Origin: Polyangiaceae bacterium
Lineage (GTDB): Bacteria; Myxococcota_A; Polyangia; Polyangiales; Polyangiaceae
DNA length: 64,000 bases
Reading direction: 5' to 3'
Assembly: GCA_033763455.1 (NCBI GenBank)
Contig: JANRKO010000076.1
Span: forward strand, 18,836 to 82,835
In this document: positions 1 through 9,832 of the stretch, piece after piece
Layout of the letters: each line of letters starts with the position of its first letter
Numbering within the stretch: position 1 is the stretch's first letter
The notes under the pieces: generated by a model
Databases searched by the model: none
The model's input: the letters and a program-made list of their open reading frames with translations, nothing else
Told to the model about the DNA's origin: nothing
Position numbers and translations under genes: made by a program

Positions 1-749
1 AGGTGTGCATCGAGCTTCTGTTTCTCGTAGGCAGGGGCTCTCGCAATCATGCTGTTAATGCTCGCATCCACAAAGTCGAGGACGCTTTTGTTCTGCGCGA
101 GCTTGGCTGAAGCGGCCTGGGCGTCCCCGGGTGGGGAAGGAGCCGCGGCGACCCCCGAGAACAGCGACCGATACGCCTCATACGGGCTATTCTGCGGTTG
201 GATGGGCTGCAGATTGTGATCGAATGAAATGATGTGAATACGGGTGCGTTCGCTTTCGCCGGTCGTATGAGCGGAAAGGGTCACCGAAGGAACAAGCTGC
301 CCGGCTTTAAGAGTTGGTGAATCCTTCGCGAGGATTTGATCGACACTCGGGGAGAAGCTCCCTTCGGTATCCGATGGATCCACATCTCCAGACATGAAAT
401 GGATCTGAGAGGCGACGTGCGGATCGCCACCCGGCCGATCGATCCCGATCCCGTTCAGGATGGTGGTGTAATGTCTAATCGCCTCAAGTGGAGAGGAAGA
501 GAGACCGTATTGGAACGCTTTGGCGTCGCCAGAAGCTTGCTGAACATTCCGCCCCCCCGTCGGCACCCATTCGGGAAGCCACGTACAGTTGGGCATATCG
601 ATAACCAGTAGACGCTGCGGAGCTGCTGCCTGTGCGCGGCTCAAACGGGGATCCAGCAGGCGTGCCAAGGGCCAACCGAGGCCGGCGCCAGCCAAACCGC
701 GAAGCAGGCTCCTTCGGGTGGATTCTAGGCGAGGATTCCTTCGTTGCAT
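1..749 (-). CDS. DUF1552-family protein, partial (runs off the window start)
   Basis: Not in the ORF track; read manually. ATG at 749 gives an open frame to base 1: MQRRNPRLESTRRSLLRGLAGAG (Tat-like RRxLL)...QRLLVIDMPN...SPSVDQILAK...NKSVLDFV...EKQKLDAH. It starts 1 nt after the DUF1592 gene stop. Confidence 0.85.
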   Translation of the reverse strand, partial: MQRRNPRLESTRRSLLRGLAGAGLGWPLARLLDPRLSRAQAAAPQRLLVIDMPNCTWLPEWVPTGGRNVQQASGDAKAFQYGLSSSPLEAIRHYTTILNGIGIDRPGGDPHVASQIHFMSGDVDPSDTEGSFSPSVDQILAKDSPTLKAGQLVPSVTLSAHTTGESERTRIHIISFDHNLQPIQPQNSPYEAYRSLFSGVAAAPSPPGDAQAASAKLAQNKSVLDFVDASINSMIARAPAYEKQKLDAH

Positions 750-750
750 C

Positions 751-2493
751 TCAAGTTCCCTTCGTCCTTTGGAGGAAAAGTTGGCTACTCGTTAGCAAAC
801 GGAGGAGGTCATCCAGCCTTTTTGGGCCTTTCGTCCACGGTTCAACCAACTGTTTCACGGAGCAGGCCTGTTGGTCATCGAGCAGACGACCCAGCGCAAA
901 CGACGCTACCTTCTGCGAGAGGCAACTGGCTACGTCACTGCTTGTCGAAAAGCGACTGCTAAGCTCCAAGACACCGTCGAAGGGTCCGTCAACGTCTGTT
1001 CCTGTGATCACTCCAGTAGCGTTAACTGGTGCGCCATCGCGTTCGGTCAAATACGAGCCGATGAGATCATAGTGCTCGAATGCAAGACCCAGCCCGTCGA
1101 ACTGCGCATGACACGCGCTACACTCTGGCTTGGAGGCTCTCAGATCCGCGATCTCCCGCTCCGTGAGGTTCTGCGCGCGGAGGCTGTCAATTTGCGACTG
1201 CAGGGCAGCGGGTGGGGTGGGAACCTGCCGGCACAGGTAGCGTTCCAACAAGAAGAGGCCGCGGTGGACCGCCCGCGACCCGGGGCGAAGGCTGAGCAAG
1301 GTCCCTGCGCGGGTTAGAATTCCCGAACGCTGATTTGCCGGAAGATCTACGAGCTCGGGAGTTGTGGAAGCGCCCGCGGCGACCCCGTAAAACGCACGCA
1401 ACTGGGCGTTGATCAGGCCGCGAGTGGAGGTAAACAAAGCGGGCAGTGAACCGGATCCCCAAACGTTTTCATTGACCAATTGGTTCACCTCCTCCGCCAT
1501 GCTGCTCCTTAGAGCGGCGTCGAGTTGAGGAAAGAGGGCTGGGTCGCGCTCTGCAGTCAGTGACTTGTCTGCACCCAACACCTGAATCAAAAGGCGATTC
1601 ATTCGAGCTTGCACGTCCGGCATCGCCATCAATCGCGCAATCTGCGCCTTTACCTGGTCCACGTTGGAGAGGGAGCCGAGCGATGCCGCCTGCAAGAGTT
1701 CGGCATCGGGACCGCGGTCAAGAAAGAAGAAGGAGAGAGAAGAAGCTACTTCATGCGGTGTGAGTGCCAACTCAGGTCCAGGCGCTGTCGCCTCGCCAAG
1801 CTCCGTGCGATAAATAAAGTCTGCTGACTGCAAGACGGCTTGCACCACGAGCTCAACACCGCGCGAAAAGGATTCAGCGGCACCCACCTCAAATACAGCT
1901 AGCAAAGCGGCTTCCTCGGCCGACGCTAGGGGCCGACGATAAGCACGCGGAGCGAAGGTCCGGATGAAGTCTGTGGCACAAGAAGTTCGCGTGGCGATAT
2001 CTGAAACGGCCGTAGAGCACGGCACCCATGCGCTCAACTGACGGACAACCTGCGCTGCAGTGTCGACAGCGGCAAGGTAATACTGGTTCGCCAAGGGGCC
2101 TCGAACCACGAACTCGTCTGTATCTTTGAGCGTCGCGCTCTCGGCGCCCGGTGTGACAACCGCCAGGGGTGTTATCCCGGGAAAAAGATCCGACACCAGG
2201 TTTGCGTATTGCGCGTCCGTGACCTTCCGTACGCGCGCGGGGGCGAGCGCAGCCGTTGTGCACAGTCCGGGATTTGCAATTGGGGGCACCCCAGAACCTG
2301 GCCCGCCCGGCATCACGACTTCAGGAGGCAGCGGCTGCGCGGAGCCTGAAGGCCCATCTAACTGACTGGAAGGCGCGCCTCCGGGGCCGGACCTGGGCAC
2401 CTCTGTGCTGCATCCGAGGGACGACAACAGGAGCACCAAGGGCACGCTCCGGGATGGCTTGAGCCGCATTGAATCTTTCCTGGGTACAGGCAT
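751..2493 (-). CDS. DUF1592/DUF1588-type (planctomycete/myxobacterial) lipoprotein with CxxCH motif
   Basis: Lipobox SLGC; FAPRAYRRP, VLQSADFIYRTE, LTPHEVASSLSFF, RSGILT, HRGL, CSACHAQFDGLG, FEHYDLIG. Alternative start at 2469. Confidence 0.85.
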   Translation of the reverse strand: MPVPRKDSMRLKPSRSVPLVLLLSSLGCSTEVPRSGPGGAPSSQLDGPSGSAQPLPPEVVMPGGPGSGVPPIANPGLCTTAALAPARVRKVTDAQYANLVSDLFPGITPLAVVTPGAESATLKDTDEFVVRGPLANQYYLAAVDTAAQVVRQLSAWVPCSTAVSDIATRTSCATDFIRTFAPRAYRRPLASAEEAALLAVFEVGAAESFSRGVELVVQAVLQSADFIYRTELGEATAPGPELALTPHEVASSLSFFFLDRGPDAELLQAASLGSLSNVDQVKAQIARLMAMPDVQARMNRLLIQVLGADKSLTAERDPALFPQLDAALRSSMAEEVNQLVNENVWGSGSLPALFTSTRGLINAQLRAFYGVAAGASTTPELVDLPANQRSGILTRAGTLLSLRPGSRAVHRGLFLLERYLCRQVPTPPAALQSQIDSLRAQNLTEREIADLRASKPECSACHAQFDGLGLAFEHYDLIGSYLTERDGAPVNATGVITGTDVDGPFDGVLELSSRFSTSSDVASCLSQKVASFALGRLLDDQQACSVKQLVEPWTKGPKRLDDLLRLLTSSQLFLQRTKGT

Positions 2494-2519
2494 GGCTGTG
2501 ACTTCCGAACCCAGAGGAT

Positions 2520-2540
2520 ACGTTACCGGTAACGTTACCG
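2520..2540. promoter_or_regulatory. LacI-type operator (two overlapping palindromes)
   Basis: ACGTTACCGGTAACGT (2520-2535) and CGGTAACGTTACCG (2527-2540) are both perfect palindromes with a central CG. They lie between the divergent DUF1592 and LacI genes. Confidence 0.75.
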
Positions 2541-2673
2541 CAAGGCGTTTTCGCTATCCTTAGGGTGCCCGGCCGACTTGGGTTTGGGGCGCACTCGTGG
2601 CAGCCGCTACGGCTGGGGTTTCCGAGGCGGGGAGACAGTTTTCGGCAACTGTGGATCGTGGCATGTGGACTGC

Positions 2674-3630
2674 GTGGGCATCGGAATTCCCGAGATCGCC
2701 AAGCTTTGCGGGGTCTCCATCGCCACGGTGGACCGCGCACTGCACAATCGTCCCGGTATTTCAGAGGCTACTCGCGCCAAGATCCTCGCCTGCGCCAAGA
2801 ACAACTCCTACCAACCCAACCTGAGTGCACGTGCCCTTTCGCGCGGTGCATCGTTCGTTGGGGCCCTCGTGTTCGCAGGTGCTCTGGCGACCCCGAATGA
2901 ACTCCAGGTTATCCTAGGTGCTCGGAAGGAACTTCGAGCCCACGAATATCCATTGTTCATTGTTCCCTACGCGACGGATGCTGAGTTTCGCGCGGCGTTT
3001 TCTGATCTTGAGCAACTAAATTGTGCTGCCCTCATTCTCGTTGGCATCGGTAAGACAAAGATCCCCGAGACTTCGACACCCGTCGTTGCTGCGATTCACC
3101 ACTTGCAGGGAACGAATGCGTTTGGCGTAGCCCCCAATGAAGAACGAACCGGACGAACTGCCGTAGAGTACCTGAGGGGAATGGGGCATCGCCGGATCGC
3201 TTTCCTCGACCATAATGCCACTCTTTGGGCGAATCTGGAACGCAAGCGCGGATTCATGCTCGGCGCACAGGAGCTCGGCGTAAGTGTCGTTTCAGGGGTT
3301 GCAACAGACCTTCCTGAGCTTGTCCAGAGAGAGCAAGTCACCGCTGCCTTCTGTCACAATGACGGATTAGCGATTCAGGCCATCCGTGCGGTCGAGTCTC
3401 ACGGTATGTCCGTACCCGAAGACGTTTCCGTCCTAGGGGTCGACGATAGGACTGATCTCCCGTTCCTGCAGCCCAACCTCACAACACTGCGTTACGACTT
3501 TGAGTATCTTGGGGCGCTCGCTGGTCGCCGCGTCCTTGCTCTACTCAGCGGACAACCCTTCAACGAGCAGATGCCAGATCTGCCAATTATCGAGCGCGGC
3601 ACCGTGAAACGCATTGCGCCGGGGATCTGA
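2674..3630 (+). CDS. LacI-family transcriptional regulator
   Basis: HTH IPEIAKLCGVSIATVDRALHNRPGISEATRAKI, hinge YQPNLSARAL, GHRRIAF, VPEDVSVLGVDD, LTT. GTG start at 2674 inferred. Confidence 0.93.
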   Translation: MGIGIPEIAKLCGVSIATVDRALHNRPGISEATRAKILACAKNNSYQPNLSARALSRGASFVGALVFAGALATPNELQVILGARKELRAHEYPLFIVPYATDAEFRAAFSDLEQLNCAALILVGIGKTKIPETSTPVVAAIHHLQGTNAFGVAPNEERTGRTAVEYLRGMGHRRIAFLDHNATLWANLERKRGFMLGAQELGVSVVSGVATDLPELVQREQVTAAFCHNDGLAIQAIRAVESHGMSVPEDVSVLGVDDRTDLPFLQPNLTTLRYDFEYLGALAGRRVLALLSGQPFNEQMPDLPIIERGTVKRIAPGI

Positions 3631-4071
3631 AAGCTGATCGTCGCGTTTGAGGGGTTCAGTTGCGAGCGAGTCGTGCCCTTCCTCCAAGCGAAGCATTCCC
3701 AGGCTTGAGCCGGAGGAAACTCCGACTCTCACCGAGGTGCAGATCACTCCCCCACCACTCGGCTCTACTTCTCGACGCGCTGAGAAAGCACAATGTCAGC
3801 CGACGGAGAAGCGGGCGACTCGGCCTTTTCCACGCTAACCGTGAGGTCGAACGCCACCTCAGGCACTGACCCGCTTAGCTTTGCCTCACGCGAACCCTCA
3901 TGGTATTTGAAAGCCCCTACTCGAGCCCACACGCTTGCCGAGCTCTTGCGATATCAAGCAACAAAGCTCGTTGCGCCCAGGTCGAGCATGGCGGTGTCGA
4001 GCTCCACTGGATTTTCAAGCCCGCAAAGAATACGCTGCGTTCCAATCGAATAGGCGCTCACGAGGTAGAAG

Positions 4072-4242
4072 ATGGAACAACTCATCGAAGGTCTGGTTGC
4101 AAAAGTTGGATTGAGCAAAGAGCAAGCCGCCCAAGTAGTGGCGTTCCTTAAAGAGCACGCACACGAGGTGCCCGGTTGGCTAGGGCTCGACGTCAACGCA
4201 CTCAAAGACAAACTTCCGGGCGGGCTTGGGAAATTGTTCTAA
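4072..4242 (+). CDS. small 56-aa helical hypothetical protein
   Basis: Below the ORF-track cutoff. GAGG RBS then MEQLIEGLVAKVGLSKEQAAQVVAFLKEHAHEVPGWLGLDVNALKDKLPGGLGKLF*. Confidence 0.75.
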   Translation: MEQLIEGLVAKVGLSKEQAAQVVAFLKEHAHEVPGWLGLDVNALKDKLPGGLGKLF

Positions 4243-4297
4243 GTCCATTGGATGCGAATGCGATGCTGCGGTCCGGTGCGACCGCCATGCGGAGCAG

Positions 4298-5677
4298 TTA
4301 TAGCAACTGGCTGAGCGGACCCTGCGCGGGCACGTTGGGGCCGAGGCCGTCTGGGTGCGTGCCAAAGGCCGCTGGAGGCACGCTGAGTGCAGCGCCGAGT
4401 GTCGAGTAAAGATCAACCAAGGGTCGATTGTCCGCGTCCGGATAACGCACGAAGCGGCCGTCGAGCTTGAGTGACCCCGCAGAGCCCGCAAGCAGCACCG
4501 GCCAACGCCTATGTTGCGAGTTGTAGGCTTCGCCATTGTCGCTCGTGAGCATGGCCAGGGCACTTACGGCGCCAGGCAGCTTGGCAAACTCATCCAGATT
4601 GGAGGCGATCTTGCCGCTCAACCACGCGTAGAGGTTCCGCATCGCCGGCGCTTGGATGCTGGGATCGGCGCGGCCAAGATCGGCGAGGCTCGTCGCTGAG
4701 CCCGTAACTCCACGTAGCCCAGGCGCGTTGTCGTGCGGATTACCACTGCCTATGTCCACACCGATCACGTTCGTTATCCCACACACAAGTGCCAGGCTGG
4801 CCAAAGCATGCAGCGCGTCGAAGACAGCTTCTGGATCGCCGGTTTGAGTTAAGGTGGGCCGCTGCCCTGGACCACAAAAAAAGTCGACAATGGGCTGAAG
4901 CGCCTTTTCGTAGGTCTCCATGCTCGCCAGATACTTGGAAAGCTTGTCACGCTCGGGCGCGGCAAACTGAGATTCCAACTGGTGAATATCCGCTCGCATC
5001 GCATCGAAAATGAATCGAGACGTTGGCTTCGCGGGCAGTTGGCTCCCAAACAGATCTTCAAACAAGAGCGCGGGGCTCTGATAGGCCCCTATTTTTTGAT
5101 CAGATCCGGCGGCGAACAACTCACTCCTCATCGCCAAATCCGTGTGACTCGAAATTCCGATCAACACAGACTTGCGCGGCGCGTTCGCACTCAGGGTTCC
5201 CGCGACGTGCTGGTCGAACGTGAGGTTCCCCGGCATGGTGTGATCGACGTCCGTTCCGGGTACGCAGCTCAACGCCATATGAGAGCACCCGTAGTTTGCC
5301 GGGGCGCCCTTTCTCGGGTGATTCTTTAGCCCATCCACCAGCAACAATTGGCTTCGATACGCTTGCAGAGGTGCAAAGGCTGGGGGCAAAGTGAACGCCG
5401 CAGAATCCACCAGCGCGCCCTGAATAGGGGCCGGCAACTGTGGATCGACCCCCGTGAGATCTTCTGCAAACTCAGGCGGCGTGAAGACCCAATAGGGATT
5501 CAACCCGCCGCATGCGAAGTAAAACATCGCCACCTGCCGCCCCACAGCTTGACCGTTGGCTTCCTTGAGAATGTTCTTGGCGAGCGGGGCAAGCAGCGCA
5601 GCTCCAGCTCCAAACCCCATTTTCTGCACAAATGAGCGCCTGCTGAACGAAACTGACCTTCGGCTATAGTTCGTCAT
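4298..5677 (-). CDS. DUF1552-family protein (Tat-like signal)
   Basis: SRRSFVQKMG signal; LLVDGL, TFDQHVA, ERDKLSKYL, SDNGE, GRFVRY. Directly downstream of a DUF1592 gene; AGGAGG RBS. Confidence 0.85.
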   Translation of the reverse strand: MTNYSRRSVSFSRRSFVQKMGFGAGAALLAPLAKNILKEANGQAVGRQVAMFYFACGGLNPYWVFTPPEFAEDLTGVDPQLPAPIQGALVDSAAFTLPPAFAPLQAYRSQLLLVDGLKNHPRKGAPANYGCSHMALSCVPGTDVDHTMPGNLTFDQHVAGTLSANAPRKSVLIGISSHTDLAMRSELFAAGSDQKIGAYQSPALLFEDLFGSQLPAKPTSRFIFDAMRADIHQLESQFAAPERDKLSKYLASMETYEKALQPIVDFFCGPGQRPTLTQTGDPEAVFDALHALASLALVCGITNVIGVDIGSGNPHDNAPGLRGVTGSATSLADLGRADPSIQAPAMRNLYAWLSGKIASNLDEFAKLPGAVSALAMLTSDNGEAYNSQHRRWPVLLAGSAGSLKLDGRFVRYPDADNRPLVDLYSTLGAALSVPPAAFGTHPDGLGPNVPAQGPLSQLL

Positions 5678-5687
5678 AAGGCCTCCT

Positions 5688-7490
5688 TTAGAAGCTCCGG
5701 TTGAGAAAAGGATCTGAAGCGGCGAGCGCTGCTACGAACTCCACGTAGCTGCCACTTGCAGCATAGGCATTCGCCGCATTCAGGAGAGCACACGAATCCT
5801 GTGCCCCCTCCATCCGGCCAAGGAAGTAGCGAAAAGCGTTGCGCATCACGCACTCTTGCACGCGCCGTGTGTTGGCAAGCTTCATCGAAAGATCAGCGCC
5901 ATCCGTGAACGAAACGCTGGCATCATCCACACCCGTCAATGCGCCGCTGGCATCGATGACTTTGCCTGATTCCATGGTTCGATAGGCGCCGACCGTGTCA
6001 TAGTTTTCAAACGCAAGGCCGGGCGGATCTAAGAGCGCGTGGCAGGGTCGGCACGAACTGTTTGGCGCCGCGTGGGCCGCGAACCTCTCACGCATCGTGA
6101 GAGATGGGTCATCGCCAAGAGGCGGTACTGAAGAAGGATCCATCTCAGGAATATCTGTGCACAAGACGTCCTCCGTGATGAAGAGGCCACGCCTGACCGG
6201 CTTCGTCTCGTCACGGGTGGCCATGGCCCCGAGCCAGGCAGGATTGGTGAGAAAGCCGGCGCGTTGCCCCGGCAGGGCCAGCATTTTGGCAGGTGGGCCA
6301 GTATCTGGCGGAGCTCCCGTTAACCCGTAAAGATTCTGGGAGCCGCAATCCACGAACACATTCTGTGTGGTGAACAGCGTACTTATGAAGTTGCTTTGGT
6401 AGTTGGATTGATAGACATCCTCCACCAACGCCTCAGCCTGAAGAACTAACCGATCTTTGTTGTAACCGCAGGCAGCAGGGGCCCCCGGTTGCGCGTCCTT
6501 GGCCACGCCACGAATGGCTCGCAGCTTGAAGTACTCGGTCACGAAGTTACGCGCTCCTGCGGCCGCGGGTAAGCTCATCAAACGCACTACTTGCGCCTTG
6601 ATTTGATCTGGGGTGTTCAACGCCCCATTGCTGGCCGCATTCCAGAGCTCCACATCTGGCGGAGCCATTGTCAAAGCATAAGCGAGCATGGCAGCCACCT
6701 CATACGGCGTAAGCTTGTAAACGGATTGGATGCCCGCGTTCACGCCGATTTCTGGCTTGAATAGGAATTGCGGCGCCATCAGCATGGCTTGAAAGGCGGC
6801 AGCCAGGGAGGTGTCCGCGTCCGCCTCAAGATGCGTATCGGTAGCGACCTTGAGATAGCGCGCCGCTTCCTCGGGCAACAACGGCCGACGAAAGAGGATG
6901 GCACCCTTCTCTTGAAGCAATGTGGAGACACAACTTTCAAACGCCAGTGCGCTATCGGTGGCCCAGCAACTGCCTGTCTTCAAGTTTTGCACAAGCAACG
7001 AAGCGATATCCGCGGACGTTCGAAACACGCCACGCATTTCGGGGTCCGAAAGCGTGACCGCCCCCGACGTCGTTGTGTACCTTGCATCAGGCTCCGAAAG
7101 CGGATTCTCGAAGGTGCTTGGCATAGGCACCACCGGAGCCGAACCTTGCCTACGACCGTTCAGAAAAGCGCCAACTGTGTTGGCGTATTCTACCGGAGTT
7201 AACCGCCACAGGCGCCTTGGCGCCGGCGCAGATCCATTCTGAGAGTCGAATGAGCAACGAGGCGGCGGTGGTTCCACGATGCCACCCGTGCCTCCAGACG
7301 CAGCTTCCGAACCGGCGCCACCAGTTGCGACATTCCCGCTGCCTCCGAGGCCTCGGCCACCTAAGCTAGACATTCCGCCGAGCGCTTCCCGACCTCCTGA
7401 GCTCGAACTTTCGCCGAAAGCTCCGTCGTACTCCGTTCGGCCGCAGCCCAGCGCAACAGCGACACACGTAGTTAGCAGCAGGAAACGCAT
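5688..7490 (-). CDS. DUF1592/DUF1588-type lipoprotein with CxxCH motif
   Basis: Lipobox ALGC; Gly-rich linker; RRLWRLTPVEYANTV, LFRRP, RAGFLT, PVRRG, CRPCHALLDPPG, FENYDTVG. Confidence 0.85.
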   Translation of the reverse strand: MRFLLLTTCVAVALGCGRTEYDGAFGESSSSGGREALGGMSSLGGRGLGGSGNVATGGAGSEAASGGTGGIVEPPPPRCSFDSQNGSAPAPRRLWRLTPVEYANTVGAFLNGRRQGSAPVVPMPSTFENPLSEPDARYTTTSGAVTLSDPEMRGVFRTSADIASLLVQNLKTGSCWATDSALAFESCVSTLLQEKGAILFRRPLLPEEAARYLKVATDTHLEADADTSLAAAFQAMLMAPQFLFKPEIGVNAGIQSVYKLTPYEVAAMLAYALTMAPPDVELWNAASNGALNTPDQIKAQVVRLMSLPAAAGARNFVTEYFKLRAIRGVAKDAQPGAPAACGYNKDRLVLQAEALVEDVYQSNYQSNFISTLFTTQNVFVDCGSQNLYGLTGAPPDTGPPAKMLALPGQRAGFLTNPAWLGAMATRDETKPVRRGLFITEDVLCTDIPEMDPSSVPPLGDDPSLTMRERFAAHAAPNSSCRPCHALLDPPGLAFENYDTVGAYRTMESGKVIDASGALTGVDDASVSFTDGADLSMKLANTRRVQECVMRNAFRYFLGRMEGAQDSCALLNAANAYAASGSYVEFVAALAASDPFLNRSF

Positions 7491-8073
7491 GCGGTACTCT
7501 CCGTCATCCAAGTGAGGCCAAGCCCCGGACGTTGCTAAGCAAAGCTACGGGGTTTTCTCCCGCTATGTCAAATGAAAAGCAAGAATTCCAATGTTCGTAT
7601 GCCGCACTTATTCGCGCCTAACCGCCACGGCACGAAAAAGGTACCGCAGCCGCGAAATGGTACGCCTCCGTACCGAGGGTAGCGAGTACGCACTCGTAAT
7701 GTTCTCCACAGATTACCTTCTAAACCAACCCAATCCCCCACGCAGGCCAAGTGGTAGTTACCTTGAACTCGCGTCAACGACACGCTCCCGTAGCCGGCGC
7801 TCTCTCTGCGTGAATCCGAGATTGATCAAAGGTGAAGTCGCGAGGTTCTCGTAGCGAAGCGGCTGCCACACGTGTGCGGGCTCTGCGGAAAGGTCGACGT
7901 GGTCCAGCTCAAGGAAGCGCGGGGTGAGGCGCGTGCTAACGAAATTGTTCCGCGGGCGAAGGAGCCGCCCGGCGAATCGTGCGTGCGGCGTGGAGGGTTC
8001 AGGCGCACTACGGCATGGTATGAATGCTGCGTCTCCGTGCTTCGGTTAATTCTAGGCTGTAAGGAGTTGTGAA

Positions 8074-8862
8074 ATGGGTGGCAACCTACGCTTGAACAGG
8101 ACGTTGTGGATCCTAAATGGTGTCCTTGCATTCGCGGCTGCGGCTGGCGGTGTGATTAAGCGCGACATCTATACGGGGCTGTTCCCTGAAGACTTTCTGC
8201 CCGGGGCATTCCCGCAGGACATTCTGACGATGTTGATGAGCGTGCTGCTCGTGCTGCTCGCGCTGAGTACCCGCGCGGGCGACGTCCGCAAGCAAGTTGT
8301 GATCACGGGGCTAATCGGCTCGCTCTTTTACCTCTATGGGATCTTCACCATCGAGAGAGTCTACAACGGGCTTTATCTCCTCTATGCGGCAATTTTTGCC
8401 CTTTCATTCTGGACGCTCATCAGCACGCTTGCCAAAGTTCGTTCCGCTTCTTTTTCCAAGCTGCGTGTTCCCAAGGCAATTCTGAAAACGACAGCTGTCA
8501 CGTCGATCATAATTGCAGGTGTCTTCACGGTGTTGTGGACGGCCGCCCTGATCCCTCTGATGAGAGACCACCATCGAATCGAGTTCATGTATTCGATCTA
8601 CATACTTGATTTGTGCTTCATCATGCCTGCGTTCGTCATCACAGCCGTAATGAGCCTGCGCGGCATGCCGCTCGGCATTCTCATGGGGCCCGCGATCATG
8701 ATTCTCGGCTTCTTCGTGATCTTCCCGCTCGGGCTGAATGAGCTGGCCAAGCCATCCTGGGGCATGCCGATCAACGTCGGGCCCATGGTTGTGTCGTTCG
8801 CCTTCGCCGCGGCGATGTTGACCATCGGGGGGCTTCAGATCGGGAAGATGCACGTCGATTGA
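8074..8862 (+). CDS. multi-pass membrane protein of unknown function
   Basis: 262 aa with about 7 hydrophobic segments; AAGGAG RBS. Confidence 0.75.
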   Translation: MGGNLRLNRTLWILNGVLAFAAAAGGVIKRDIYTGLFPEDFLPGAFPQDILTMLMSVLLVLLALSTRAGDVRKQVVITGLIGSLFYLYGIFTIERVYNGLYLLYAAIFALSFWTLISTLAKVRSASFSKLRVPKAILKTTAVTSIIIAGVFTVLWTAALIPLMRDHHRIEFMYSIYILDLCFIMPAFVITAVMSLRGMPLGILMGPAIMILGFFVIFPLGLNELAKPSWGMPINVGPMVVSFAFAAAMLTIGGLQIGKMHVD

Positions 8863-9007
8863 AGGACGCCCGAAAGAGCGACATCCCTCGGGCCAAGACC
8901 AGCTTCCCCGCGTCCAAACCGCCCCCCCGCCGTGCCCCCGCCGCTTATTCGCCCTACAATTGGGCCCAAACCACAAAATTGGTTACCCTCGGTAAAGGAA
9001 GGCCCGT

Positions 9008-9649
9008 GTGATCCGAGGACTGATTCGATTCTTGCTGTGGACCGCTATCCTTTTGGGAGCGCTCGTGGCTGCGCTGCGTTTCACGGCCATTCGCTGGTGG
9101 CGCGTGCCGGACGCCGATCCTTTTTTGGAGGCCTCCATCGCTCCTACGTTGCGCGCGGGCGATTTGGTGTTGCTGTGGCGTTTTACGCCGCCGAAATTTG
9201 GGGACTTGGTGTTGTGTCCCGAGCCGAATGCGCCGGAACGCGTGGTGATTGGTCGGCTCGTGGGTGAAGCGGGCGACGAACTTTCCGTGAACGGCCAGGA
9301 AGTACGGGTCAACAATCGTGCGATGTCTACCGAACGGCGTTGCGAACCAAGGAGCTTCAGCGTGATCGACCCCGACGTAGGCACCGAAGTAACTCAAGAT
9401 TGCGACGTGGAAGCCCTCGGTGGCCACCTTCACATGCGCGGCTCAACGTCAGGGCACCTCGCGCCTAAGCCCTTCTCTAAGACCATATCCGAAGGGATGG
9501 CGTTTTTGCTGAGCGACAACCGCCTCTACCCGTACGACTCCCGCGATTACGGAAGTGTGGAACGCATCACCTGCAAAGAGACCGTCATCTTCCGAATTGC
9601 CCCCAAAGAGGGCTTCAACAGCCCCCGCCGCCTCACTTTTATCCAGTAG
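9008..9649 (+). CDS. signal peptidase I (S26) homolog, catalytic Lys replaced
   Basis: N-terminal TM helix; SIAPTLRAGD (box B), VIGRLVGEAGD (box D with K->G), SDNRLYPYDSRDYG (box E). Confidence 0.8.
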   Translation: MIRGLIRFLLWTAILLGALVAALRFTAIRWWRVPDADPFLEASIAPTLRAGDLVLLWRFTPPKFGDLVLCPEPNAPERVVIGRLVGEAGDELSVNGQEVRVNNRAMSTERRCEPRSFSVIDPDVGTEVTQDCDVEALGGHLHMRGSTSGHLAPKPFSKTISEGMAFLLSDNRLYPYDSRDYGSVERITCKETVIFRIAPKEGFNSPRRLTFIQ

Positions 9650-9832
9650 CGGGGAGCGGGCCAAAGGCTGTCTGCCCACGGGCCTAACGACAATTCAGCT
9701 CCCCAAGGTCGGCGCTTGTGGCTACCATCCAAGCCCCGGCAAACATCAGCCGTTTGAACCTTGCCCCCGGCCCCTGGCCGGCCTCTGCCTAGCCCCTCGC
9801 CAGCCCCCCCGCAGCCCTTCAAGGAAGCGACC

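Noticed and set aside
3640..4060. Possible minus-strand gene remnant
   Set aside because: Short open stretches interrupted by stops; no family recognisable.
7500..8070. ncRNA or riboswitch in the ~570-bp intergenic region
   Set aside because: No recognisable motif, tRNA arms or repeat by eye; an Rfam search would be needed.
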